Shown here one piece after another: positions 11,802 through 19,299 of a DNA stretch of 64,000 bases. Where the stretch lies: positions 268-64,267 of the forward strand of contig CAYQTL010000011.1 of the NCBI GenBank assembly GCA_964420405.1, written 5' to 3'. The position numbers were made by a program, and so were the translations under genes. Position 1 is the first letter of the stretch. Each line of letters begins with the position of its first letter. This DNA comes from an uncultured Thermoanaerobaculia bacterium. Lineage in GTDB: Bacteria; Acidobacteriota; Thermoanaerobaculia; Thermoanaerobaculales; Sulfomarinibacteraceae. The notes under the pieces were generated by a model, which was not told the origin of the DNA, ran no database searches, and saw nothing but the letters and a program-made list of their open reading frames with translations.

Positions 11802-11832
11802 CGGATCGCACAGAAACTCGAGGAGGAATGGC

Positions 11833-12144
11833 ATGAATCGACGTCTGGCAACTCTGGCGGTGGTGATGGTCGCGCTGATGGCGGCCGCTCCGGCGATGGC
11901 GGCCGAGGAGGCCGGCGGTGGCGCCGGCAGCCCCTGGGGCCTGTTCGCCCCGGCGCTGGCGATCGGGCTCGCGGCGGCGTTCGGCGCCCTCGGCCAGGCC
12001 AAGGGCCTGGCGGCGGCGTGCGAGGCGATCGGCCGCAACCCGGGCGCGGTGGGCCCGATCCGCATCACCATGATCATCGGACTGGCGCTGATCGAGTCGC
12101 TGGTGATCTACGCGCTGATCATCGCGTTCCTGCTGCTGCCGTAA
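11833..12144 (+). CDS. atpE: F0F1 ATP synthase subunit c with an N-terminal signal-peptide-like extension
   Basis: GGAGGA lies 7 nt upstream of ATG 11833. The c-subunit hairpin reads GLAAAFGALGQAKG...RNP...GLALIESLVIYALIIAFLLL. About 25 extra N-terminal residues: MNRRLATLAVVMVALMAAAPAMA. Confidence 0.9.
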   Translation: MNRRLATLAVVMVALMAAAPAMAAEEAGGGAGSPWGLFAPALAIGLAAAFGALGQAKGLAAACEAIGRNPGAVGPIRITMIIGLALIESLVIYALIIAFLLLP

Positions 12145-12190
12145 GCCACCGTGTGCCCGCCCGCGGGCGGCGTGCACGATCGGACGGTTC

Positions 12191-12216
12191 ATCGGGGCCT
12201 CGGGGCCCCGATTTTT
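12191..12216 (+). terminator. Intrinsic terminator closing the nuo-atp array
   Basis: Stem atcggggcc / ggccccgat (9 bp), 4-nt loop, followed by ttttt. Confidence 0.8.
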
Positions 12217-12276
12217 CGTTGCTGGGGGTTTCGCCCATGAAACCATCAGCTTCATTCGGAGTTTTCCTCGGCCAGG

Positions 12277-12305
12277 TTGACAGTCATGTTTCAGGAATGT
12301 ATCAT
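12277..12305 (+). promoter_or_regulatory. sigma70-type promoter of the ECF sigma gene
   Basis: TTGACA (12277-12282), 17-nt spacer, TATCAT (12300-12305), in a locally AT-richer stretch. Confidence 0.7.
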
Positions 12306-12327
12306 CTCCCCAGCTGTGGAGGAACCC

Positions 12328-12993
12328 ATGACCCAGACCGCAGAGCCGAGAATGTGGGACTTCAGCTCCGGCAACCTGCCGTACCGGGACCAGCTGTTCA
12401 AGAGCGCCCTGCGGATGACGCGTTCGGTGGAGGACGCCGAGGACCTCATCCAGGAGACCTACCTGAAGGCGTACAAGTACTACGAGCGCTTCTCCGAGGG
12501 TACCAACTTCAAGGCGTGGCTGTTCAAGATCATGAAGAACACGTTCATCAACAGCTACCGTAAGCGCAAGCTCCAGCCTCCGAAGGTGGACTTCGACGAC
12601 GTCCAGGAGGGTCTCGAGGAGACTCTTCTCGACCAGACCCAGGAGTCGCTCGTCGACCCCGAGAGCGGCGTGATCGCGACCGAGATGGACACCGAGGTCA
12701 AGCGGACGCTGCTGAACCTGCCCCACGACTACAAGATGGTCGTGCTGCTCGCGGACCTCGAGGGCTTCTCCTACAAGGAGATCGCCGAGATCCTGTCGGT
12801 GCCGGTGGGTACGGTCATGTCGCGGCTGTACCGCGGCCGCCGCATGATGGAGCGTGCGCTGCTCACCTACGGCCGGCGCTACAACTACATCACCGCTCCG
12901 CCGGAGAAGCTCCGCGACGCCCGCATCGACCTCGGCGAGTTCTTCTCGCGGGAGCAGCTCGAGCGGATCTCGGAGGCGCAGGCGGCGAACTGA
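12328..12993 (+). CDS. ECF-family RNA polymerase sigma factor
   Basis: Region 2 ([41 protein letters not shown]) and region 4 ([29 protein letters not shown]) are present. ATG 12328 lies after GGAGGA and downstream of the promoter, so the track start 12277 is rejected. Confidence 0.88.
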   Translation: MTQTAEPRMWDFSSGNLPYRDQLFKSALRMTRSVEDAEDLIQETYLKAYKYYERFSEGTNFKAWLFKIMKNTFINSYRKRKLQPPKVDFDDVQEGLEETLLDQTQESLVDPESGVIATEMDTEVKRTLLNLPHDYKMVVLLADLEGFSYKEIAEILSVPVGTVMSRLYRGRRMMERALLTYGRRYNYITAPPEKLRDARIDLGEFFSREQLERISEAQAAN

Positions 12994-13025
12994 GCGGACG
13001 GGGCGGCGCCAACGGAGAGCACGAC

Positions 13026-13055
13026 GGGAGGGCGAGAGCCCTCCCGCTTCCGTTT
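13026..13055 (+). terminator. Probable intrinsic terminator after the sigma gene
   Basis: Stem gggagggc / gccctccc with loop gaga, followed by gcttccgttt (a weak T tract). Confidence 0.5.
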
Positions 13056-13176
13056 GAGGGGAATCGGGGTCGGATCCGGGGGGTCGGGTCGGGCACGGCG
13101 CCGGCCCCTGCACGCTGATGGGCGGAGACCCCTGCGCGTCGGGTTGCGCGAGCACGCGGGATGCGCGACGTTTCGT

Positions 13177-13224
13177 CGGGATCGGGATCGGGATCGGGAT
13201 CGGGATCGGGATCGGGATCGGGAT
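13177..13224. repeat. Perfect hexanucleotide microsatellite (CGGGAT)x8, with one GATC every 6 bp
   Basis: Direct reading gives 8 uninterrupted units, 19 bp from the stop of the minus-strand DUF502 gene. Confidence 0.97.
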
Positions 13225-13242
13225 GGGCGCGGGCCGGGACCG

Positions 13243-13959
13243 TCAGTCGTCCGCCGTGGCTGAGGAGACCGCGTGGGGGGGATCGAGCAGCACGGCCGGG
13301 GTGAGGAGCCCGCCGGAGATGACGAGCTTGACCCCTTCCTCGACGGTGATCTCGAGGACCCGGATATCGCTCTGCTTGACGGCCACCAGGAAGCCCGAGG
13401 TCGGGTTGGGGGTCGTCGGCACGAACACCAGGGACACCGGTTGCTCGTGGAAACGGGTCGCGAAGCCGAACTCGCGGGTCACGAACCCGATCGACAGCAC
13501 CTCGGGATGGGGGAACGGCACCAGCACCACCTTGCGGAACTGGTTCGTCTCCCGGATCTGGATCGCCTCGGTGATCTGGCGCGCCCCCTGGTAGATGGGG
13601 CTGAGCAGAGGCAGCCGCGCGATCCGTCGCTCGAAGAAGTTCAGCAGCCGGCTGCCGAACACGTTGGTGGCGAACACCCCCAGCAGCAGCAGGCCGATGA
13701 CCGCGAGCAGCAGCCCCCCGCCCACGATCTGGTAGCCGAACAGGTGCCGCGAGATCGGCCGGAACCATCGGTCGAGCAGCTCGAAGATGAATCGCCCGAG
13801 GAAGATCGTGACCACCAGAGGAAAGGCCGCCAGGAACCCCACCAGCAGGCGGTTGCGCAGCCAGCTCCCGAAGCCCCGCGGCCGCTCCTCGCTGCGCCGG
13901 GCCAGCTCGGCCAGTCGCCGGAAGAAGCCGGTCTCGTTGGGGTCCCGCGACATCCTCAT
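13243..13959 (-). CDS. DUF502-family membrane protein
   Basis: Two N-terminal TM helices, then LPLLSPIYQGARQITEAI...FRKVVLVPFPHPEVLSIGFVT...GFLVAVKQSDIRVLEITVEEGVKLVISGG. Confidence 0.75.
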   Translation of the reverse strand: MRMSRDPNETGFFRRLAELARRSEERPRGFGSWLRNRLLVGFLAAFPLVVTIFLGRFIFELLDRWFRPISRHLFGYQIVGGGLLLAVIGLLLLGVFATNVFGSRLLNFFERRIARLPLLSPIYQGARQITEAIQIRETNQFRKVVLVPFPHPEVLSIGFVTREFGFATRFHEQPVSLVFVPTTPNPTSGFLVAVKQSDIRVLEITVEEGVKLVISGGLLTPAVLLDPPHAVSSATADD

Positions 13960-14051
13960 GCGCGCACGATTCTACCGCCACCCGCCCAGGGCCGGGGCGG
14001 CGACGGCCACGGTGCGGCGAAGGTAAACCGTTTGCCTGCAACGGTCGTCCC

Positions 14052-14080
14052 TTGGAGAACCCGTCGACAGAGGGTATGAT
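14052..14080 (+). promoter_or_regulatory. Candidate promoter of purA
   Basis: TTGGAG (14052-14057), 17 nt, TATGAT (14075-14080). GGAGG RBS at 14089-14093. Confidence 0.55.
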
Positions 14081-14099
14081 CCTCCGCCGGAGGTGCCCC

Positions 14100-15428
14100 G
14101 TGGCGCAGTCCTTGACCGTGGTGGGCGGGCAGTGGGGCGACGAGGGCAAGGGCAAGGTCGTCGACCTGCTGGCGGCCCGGTTCCCAGCCGTGGTGCGATA
14201 CAACGGCGGTCACAACGCGGGCCACACCGTGCGGTTCGCCGACCGGCGATTCGCCCTCCACCTGGTCCCCTCCGGCATCGTCCACCCGGAGGTGAACTGC
14301 TACATGGGCGCGGGCATGGTGGTCGACCCGACGGCCCTGGTGGCCGAGCTCGACCGCCTCGCAGGCGAGGGCGTCGACCACGCAGGCCGCCTGTGGCTGT
14401 CGCCCCGCGCGACCTTGATCGTGCCGACCCATCGCATCCTCGACGGCGCCCGCGAGGGGGCACGGGGCGACCACCCGATCGGGACCACCGGACGCGGCAT
14501 CGGTCCCGCCTACCAGGACCTGGCCGGCCGCCGCGCCCTGCGCGCGTTCGTCCTCGCCGAGCCCGACCGGCTGCGGACCGAGGCGACCGAGCTGATGATC
14601 GCCCACGCCCGCGAGCTCGAGCGGCTGTACGGGGACGACAGCTTCGAGCTCGAGGTCGCCCTGGACGACCTCCTCGCGGCCGCCGACCGGATCGCGCCGC
14701 TGGTGCGGGAGGTGGGCCCCGAGCTCCGGCGCCACGCCGCCGCGGGCGAGCCGATCCTGTTCGAGGGTGCCCAGGGGGTGCTGCTCGACCTGGCGTGGGG
14801 CACCTACCCGTTCGTCACCTCCTCGTCGTGCCTGCCGGGCTCGGCTGCGATCTCCTGCGGTGTCGGCCCGCGACTGCTCGGCCCGGTGCTCGGCATCATG
14901 AAGGCGTACGTCACCCGCGTCGGCGGGGGTCCGTTCCCGTCGGAGCTCGACGACGAGATGGGCGAGACCCTCCGCCGGCGGGGCGCCGAGTTCGGTACCA
15001 CCACCGGCCGGCCGCGGCGGTGCGGCTGGTTCGACGCCGTCGCGGCCCGTTTCGCCGTCGACGTCGCGGGGATCGAGGCGGTGGCGTTGATGAAGCTCGA
15101 CGTGCTCGACGGGCTCGACACCCTTCGCGTCGTGACCGCCTACGAGCTGCCCGACGGAACCAGGCTCGACACCGTGCCCGCCGACCACCGCCGGCTCGAG
15201 ACACTGCGACCGGTGCTCGAGGAGCTGCCGGGATGGTCGCAGCCGACCGTCGGCCTGACGGATGCCGCACGTCTGCCGGCCGCCGCCCTCGACTACATCG
15301 GCTTCCTCGAGCGGCAGATCGGCGTCCCCGTGGTGGTCGTGTCGACCGGCCCTCGCCGCGAGGAGACCCTCGTGCGCGGCGACGGTCCGGTGGCCGGGCG
15401 CCTGCGGGAGGTGCTCGGCGGCGCTTGA
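14100..15428 (+). CDS. purA: Adenylosuccinate synthetase
   Basis: Motifs GGQWGDEGKGKVVD, GGHNAGHTV and TTGRGIGPAY. GTG 14100 is preferred (RBS 6 nt upstream); the track start is 14052. Confidence 0.95.
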   Translation: MAQSLTVVGGQWGDEGKGKVVDLLAARFPAVVRYNGGHNAGHTVRFADRRFALHLVPSGIVHPEVNCYMGAGMVVDPTALVAELDRLAGEGVDHAGRLWLSPRATLIVPTHRILDGAREGARGDHPIGTTGRGIGPAYQDLAGRRALRAFVLAEPDRLRTEATELMIAHARELERLYGDDSFELEVALDDLLAAADRIAPLVREVGPELRRHAAAGEPILFEGAQGVLLDLAWGTYPFVTSSSCLPGSAAISCGVGPRLLGPVLGIMKAYVTRVGGGPFPSELDDEMGETLRRRGAEFGTTTGRPRRCGWFDAVAARFAVDVAGIEAVALMKLDVLDGLDTLRVVTAYELPDGTRLDTVPADHRRLETLRPVLEELPGWSQPTVGLTDAARLPAAALDYIGFLERQIGVPVVVVSTGPRREETLVRGDGPVAGRLREVLGGA

Positions 15429-15464
15429 CCCCCGCCGGGCCGGGCGATAGTTTGATTCCCGGGC

Positions 15465-15540
15465 GGGCCGTTAGCTCAGTTGGTAGAGCATCGGACTTTT
15501 AATCCGGTGGTCGCTGGTTCGAGTCCAGCACGGCTCACCA
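15465..15540 (+). tRNA. tRNA-Lys (anticodon UUU), CCA encoded
   Basis: Manual cloverleaf: acceptor GGGCCGT/ACGGCTC, D arm GCTC..GAGC, anticodon arm TCGGA-CTTTTAA-TCCGG, T arm GCTGG-TTCGAGT-CCAGC. Confidence 0.9.
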
Positions 15541-15579
15541 TCACCCCGACTGGACCCCTCGACCCTCGATCCGGAGCTG

Positions 15580-15750
15580 TCGGTGGTCGCTGGTTGCTCG
15601 CGGCCCCGGGGGCCGCGGCGACGCCCCCGGACGAGCGAGTGGGTGTAGCGCCGCCCCCCGCCCTCTCCGGTCGGCGGCCTCCCTGCGACCCCCCCGGCGA
15701 CACCCACGGATCGCTCCTCCGGGGACGTGCGAGTCCCGCACGGCTCACCA
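15580..15750 (+). pseudogene. Decayed duplicate of the tRNA-Lys 3' half, split by a 134-nt insertion
   Basis: tcggtggtcgctggtt (15580-15595) and cgagtcccgcacggctcacca (15730-15750) match the tRNA-Lys variable/T-arm/acceptor 3' part (ccggtggtcgctggtt|cgagtccagcacggctcacca). The interruption falls inside the T loop. Confidence 0.7.
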
Positions 15751-15832
15751 ACCCGTTGCGCCGGCAGGACTACCGGCCCACAGGCCGGTGTTGTACACTG
15801 CGGCGCGCCGCCCGGGGAGGCGGCGCCGGGCC

Positions 15833-15910
15833 GACCCCATCGTCTAGCCAGGTCTAGGACACCGGCCTTTCACGCCGGCAACGCGGGTTCAAATCCCGCT
15901 GGGGTCGCCA
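15833..15910 (+). tRNA. tRNA-Glu (anticodon UUC), CCA encoded
   Basis: Acceptor GACCCCA/TGGGGTC, anticodon arm CCGGC-CTTTCAC-GCCGG, T arm CGGGT-TCAAATC-CCGC. Confidence 0.88.
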
Positions 15911-15914
15911 TCCA

Positions 15915-15973
15915 ATTCGAGCCGAGAGCCGTACGGGCGGGTCGAACCCGCCCGCACGGCTCTCGGCTCGAAT
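15915..15973. repeat. 27-bp near-perfect hairpin directly after tRNA-Glu
   Basis: Arms attcgagccgagagccgtAcgggcggg / cccgcccgCacggctctcggctcgaat with loop tcgaa. There is a single A.C mismatch, which would be G.U on the minus strand. The apex gggTCGAAccc resembles a tRNA T arm. Confidence 0.85.
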
Positions 15974-16047
15974 CGGATTCGGATCCGCCGTTCCGGCGGC
16001 CCCGGTGAGGTTCCCCTCGCCACGGGGCGTGGAGACTGAGTCTGAGC

Positions 16048-16055
16048 TAGAATCG
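16048..16055 (+). promoter_or_regulatory. Candidate -10 box TAGAATCG upstream of the small ORF
   Basis: The same octamer is found at the coaD, YdiJ-like and XRE promoters in this window. No clear -35. Confidence 0.4.
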
Positions 16056-16126
16056 GGGTACGGGACGGGCGGGTTGGGTCTGGAAGCTCCAGACAGGCAC
16101 GATGGCGTCGGGATGGGAGGGTCGGG

Positions 16127-16339
16127 ATGACCATGAAGGCGCACCTCGAGGAGCTGCGGGGGCAGCTGAAGGAGAAGGATGTCTGCACGTGCGACGACGC
16201 GGTGCGGATCGTCGACGCGATGGTCATCCTCCAGACCGAGCTCGAGGTGCTGCTCGAGCGCATCCAGTCGATCGAGGCGCGTCTCGCACCGGAGTCCCCG
16301 TCGGGAGCCCACCAGGTCGTCCGTCCCGACAGCGCGTAG
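16127..16339 (+). CDS. Hypothetical 70-aa coiled-coil-like protein
   Basis: GC3-rich codon usage like neighbouring genes and GGGAGGG upstream. I recognise no family. Confidence 0.5.
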   Translation: MTMKAHLEELRGQLKEKDVCTCDDAVRIVDAMVILQTELEVLLERIQSIEARLAPESPSGAHQVVRPDSA

Positions 16340-16456
16340 CCGGCCTGCCGGAGCAGGCCTCGTCGGGGAGGACTTCCGAGGGCCCGACGAGCCGCGAGCG
16401 ACCGTCGGTGCGGACGGCGGGCTCGGCCGGGACCCGGGACGGCTTCGGCGGCGGGC

Positions 16457-18151
16457 CTATCCCCGGGTCGCGAGGTCCCGCTCGAGGTGGACGCGCTCGG
16501 GGGAGTCCATCGGCCCGACGCGGTCGACGCTCCGGAGCAGGTACAGGGCGAGGGCGTCGGCGGCGCCGGAGTCGACCCGCTCCCGCCGCTCCCACTCCGC
16601 CTGGTCGGCGAGGGCGACCACGTCGACCGCGGTGCACATCCGGTCGACGACCTCGCGGATCCACGCGCCCTGGGTCGGAGGGTCGGCCTCGAGCAGGCGC
16701 TCGATCCGCCGCGCGAGGTCGTCGACCATCGGCCGGGCCACCGCGCCGGCGTCGCCGATCCGCTCGACGTCCCGCTCCAGCTCGGCGAGCCACGGCCGGT
16801 GCAGACCCCGCACCGCGAAGTCTCGCAGCACCTGGGCGCAGAGCGTGTTGTGGGTGCCCTCCCAGCTCTCGATCACGATCGCGTCGCGGTACAGCCGCGG
16901 CAGCACCGAGAAGTCCTCGATGGTGCCGTTGCCGCCCAGCAGCTCGATGCCGTCGCGGGCGGTCGCCGTGGCGGCGAGGGCGGTCCAGTACTTGTTGACC
17001 ATGACGCCGATCCGGCGGGCGGCGGCGAGGTCGTCCGACGGCTCGGCGGCGAGCCGGTCGCTCTGCTCGAGGATCCTGAAGGTGCTCGCGAGCGCGGCCA
17101 TGCCGCGCACCCGCATGCCGGCGAGCAGGCTCTGCACCGCCGGGTAGTCCAGGATGCGGTGCTCGAACGCCCGGCGGTGGGCGGCGAAGTGCCGGCCCTC
17201 CACGAATGCCCGCCGCATCAGGCCGCAGGCGGCGACGGCGTTGTGGACCCTGGAGGTGTCGAGGACGATCCCGACCAGGTTGCGGAAGCCGTCGCCAGGC
17301 GGCCCGATCGGCTCGCCGAGGGCGCCGGCGAACTCGATCTCCCCGGTCGGCATCGAGCGCGTGCCGAGCTTGGTCTTGAGCCGCCGCAGCTGGAAGCCGT
17401 TGGGCACGCCGTCCACGTGGCGCGGGACGAGGAACAGGCCCAGCCCGCGGGTTCCCTCGGGCGCCCCCTCCAGCCGCGCACTGACCACGAACAGGCCGGC
17501 GTCGGCGACGGAGCAGAACCACTTTTCGCCGTGGATCCGGTAGCTGCCGGGCCGGTCGGGATCTGCCACCGCCCGGCACGAGTTGAGCCCCACGTCGGAG
17601 CCGCCCTGGACCTCGGTCACGAACTGGGCGGCGTGCAGGCGGTGGTCGTAGTCCCTGTCGAGGAGCGCGGGCAGGTAGCGCTGCCGCTGGTCGTCGCTGC
17701 CGACCCGTTGCAGCAGCTTGACGGCGCCGGCGGTGCACGCCACCGGGCAGGCGTGGCCGGCCTCGCCGTGGCGGTCGAGCAGGTAGGCGAGGGCGCCCGA
17801 GCGGACCTCGGCTCCCCCCTCCTCGCCGAGCACGGACAGCACGCCGCTGGCCCAGAACACCCGCCCGACGGCGTGGTGGGCGGGATGGAACACGACCTCC
17901 TCCCGCGCCCGCCCGAGCCCGTCGTGGCGCCGGACCGCCGGCAGGTTGTCGTCGCGGTTGCACTCGTTGACGAGGGCGTCGAGCTCCCCGCCCGCGGCCT
18001 CGTGCACCCGCCGCAGGTGTCCGAGGAAGTCGTCGTCGGCCACCAGTCGCCGCACCAGCCCCACGAAGAACCCGTCGTCGTCGAGCCGCTCCCCCCACAC
18101 ACCGTCTTCCCACGCTTCGAGGTCCTTCCGAGCCATCTCAGACCGGTCCAT
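16457..18151 (-). CDS. AidB-like acyl-CoA dehydrogenase family protein
   Basis: Motifs QFVTEVQGGSDVG, GEKWFCSVADAGLFVV and ESWEGTHNTL. ATG 18151 is preferred (GGGGAGGA 4 nt upstream); the track start is 18175. Confidence 0.85.
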   Translation of the reverse strand: MDRSEMARKDLEAWEDGVWGERLDDDGFFVGLVRRLVADDDFLGHLRRVHEAAGGELDALVNECNRDDNLPAVRRHDGLGRAREEVVFHPAHHAVGRVFWASGVLSVLGEEGGAEVRSGALAYLLDRHGEAGHACPVACTAGAVKLLQRVGSDDQRQRYLPALLDRDYDHRLHAAQFVTEVQGGSDVGLNSCRAVADPDRPGSYRIHGEKWFCSVADAGLFVVSARLEGAPEGTRGLGLFLVPRHVDGVPNGFQLRRLKTKLGTRSMPTGEIEFAGALGEPIGPPGDGFRNLVGIVLDTSRVHNAVAACGLMRRAFVEGRHFAAHRRAFEHRILDYPAVQSLLAGMRVRGMAALASTFRILEQSDRLAAEPSDDLAAARRIGVMVNKYWTALAATATARDGIELLGGNGTIEDFSVLPRLYRDAIVIESWEGTHNTLCAQVLRDFAVRGLHRPWLAELERDVERIGDAGAVARPMVDDLARRIERLLEADPPTQGAWIREVVDRMCTAVDVVALADQAEWERRERVDSGAADALALYLLRSVDRVGPMDSPERVHLERDLATRG

Positions 18152-18242
18152 GCCGTCCTCCCCGTGATGCCGCATCGCGTCAAGCGTACCACTTCGCGCA
18201 CCGGCTGGCCGGCTCTGGGTTGTCGTGATTCCCCAGAGCGAG

Positions 18243-18297
18243 AGAGGACGGCGGCGGCGCGCGGATGCCCGGCATCCGCGTGCCGCCGCCGTCCTCT
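18243..18297. repeat. 27-bp near-perfect GC hairpin between the Lon-N gene and the acyl-CoA dehydrogenase gene
   Basis: Arms agaggacggcggcggcGcgcggatgcc / ggcatccgcgTgccgccgccgtcctct, with a single G.T position. Confidence 0.85.
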
Positions 18298-18304
18298 GTC
18301 GCTG

Positions 18305-18352
18305 AAAAAAGGACCTCCGCCCCGCCCGGTGGGGGGTCGGGCGGGGCAGAGG
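18305..18352 (-). terminator. Intrinsic terminator of the Lon-N-domain gene
   Basis: On the minus strand: a 15-bp stem (cctctgccccgcccg / cgggcggggcggagg, 1 mismatch), a 9-nt loop, then tcc + tttttt. Confidence 0.6.
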
Positions 18353-18367
18353 GGAGGAGGAGTTGAG

Positions 18368-19075
18368 CTAGTTCAGCTGGCTCGGGTCGAGCTCGTCCAG
18401 ATCCGGGTGGATGTCGAGGTGGGTGTACAGGTCCTCGAACAGCATCAGGAAGCGGGCCGCCTGCGACGGCGCTTCCAGGATCGCCTGCTTGCGGTCGGCG
18501 CCGATCTCGAGGATCTGGGCCCCAAGCGCGAGCAGCTGGAGGTCGGTCACCTCCTGCATCTGCTCGAGCAGCTGGTCGCGGGTCGCCTCGTCCACCTCGA
18601 CCAGGTTCGGCAGGACAGATCGCAGCTCGTTGCGCAGCGGCTGGATGCCGGCGAGCTCGGCGGTGCTCTCCTCGGTCGGGGTGTAGGTCACGCGGGCCTG
18701 GCGGTAGCGCGCCGGCAGCTCCAGCTCCTCGTCGATCCGGAACCGCTCCAGGCCCACGAGCCACAGCAGGTACCGGCCGTCGGGCAGCTCCTGGTGCTGG
18801 CCGATGAAGCCCAGGCAGCCGACGTGCTCCACCTCCGGCCTGCCGAGCTCGTCGAGTGTCTCGTCGTCGTCGAGCGACACGATCCCGATCACGCGGTGCG
18901 ACGCCAGCGCATCCCGGACCATGTCGCGGTACCGCTGCTCGAAAACATGCAGCGGCAGCACCTCCCCCGGCAGCAGCACCGTCTGCGGCAGGGGGAAGAT
19001 CGGCACCACGTCGGGCACCTGGATCATCCCGGTCGGCGTCCCGGCCGAGCTGTCGGTGGATGTCGGGAACATCAT
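18368..19075 (-). CDS. LON substrate-binding (Lon N-terminal) domain protein
   Basis: Motif VPIFPLPQTVLLPGEVLPLHVFEQRYRDMV. No ATPase or protease domain. GGGAGG RBS lies before the GTG-ATG-ATG start cluster. Confidence 0.75.
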   Translation of the reverse strand: MMFPTSTDSSAGTPTGMIQVPDVVPIFPLPQTVLLPGEVLPLHVFEQRYRDMVRDALASHRVIGIVSLDDDETLDELGRPEVEHVGCLGFIGQHQELPDGRYLLWLVGLERFRIDEELELPARYRQARVTYTPTEESTAELAGIQPLRNELRSVLPNLVEVDEATRDQLLEQMQEVTDLQLLALGAQILEIGADRKQAILEAPSQAARFLMLFEDLYTHLDIHPDLDELDPSQLN

Positions 19076-19299
19076 CACGGCCTCCCTTCGCCGTCACAGC
19101 GGGAAACGGCGGTGACCCGCCGTCTGTTCCACATGTCGGTTCGTCGCCGGCGGCAGAGGGGTGACGCGGCGAACCGTCGCCGGACGACCCGCCACCGACA
19201 GCCAGTGCGGCAAGCGGCCGCGCCGCGCTCCGGTGCCCGCCCGCCGGCGGGCGGGCTACACTGTCGCCCGGGGAGCGCGTGGAGGTGGACGTGCGAACG

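Noticed and set aside
13177-13224. The possibility that the repeat arrays are CRISPR
   Set aside because: The units are 6 bp with no spacers. The dispersed 30-50-bp modules are not regularly spaced with unique spacers, and there are no cas genes in the window.
13118-13594. ORFs translating the hexamer arrays as GIGIGIGIG, DRDRDRDR or PIPIPIP (also at 27238, 29345, 58546)
   Set aside because: The periodic peptide is simply the reading of (GGGATC)n. The ORFs run antisense into real genes, and different copies are read in different frames.
15465-16126. An integrated prophage or genomic island at tRNA-Lys
   Set aside because: The duplicated tRNA 3' segment lies only ~40 nt from the tRNA. No integrase, excisionase or cargo gene is present, so only a scar can be claimed.
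16102-18113. Overlapping Arg/Pro/Gly-rich ORFs (16102..16998 +, 16179..17147 +, 16224..18113 -, 16487..19429 +)
   Set aside because: They occupy alternative frames of the AidB-like acyl-CoA dehydrogenase gene, whose frame alone carries conserved motifs.
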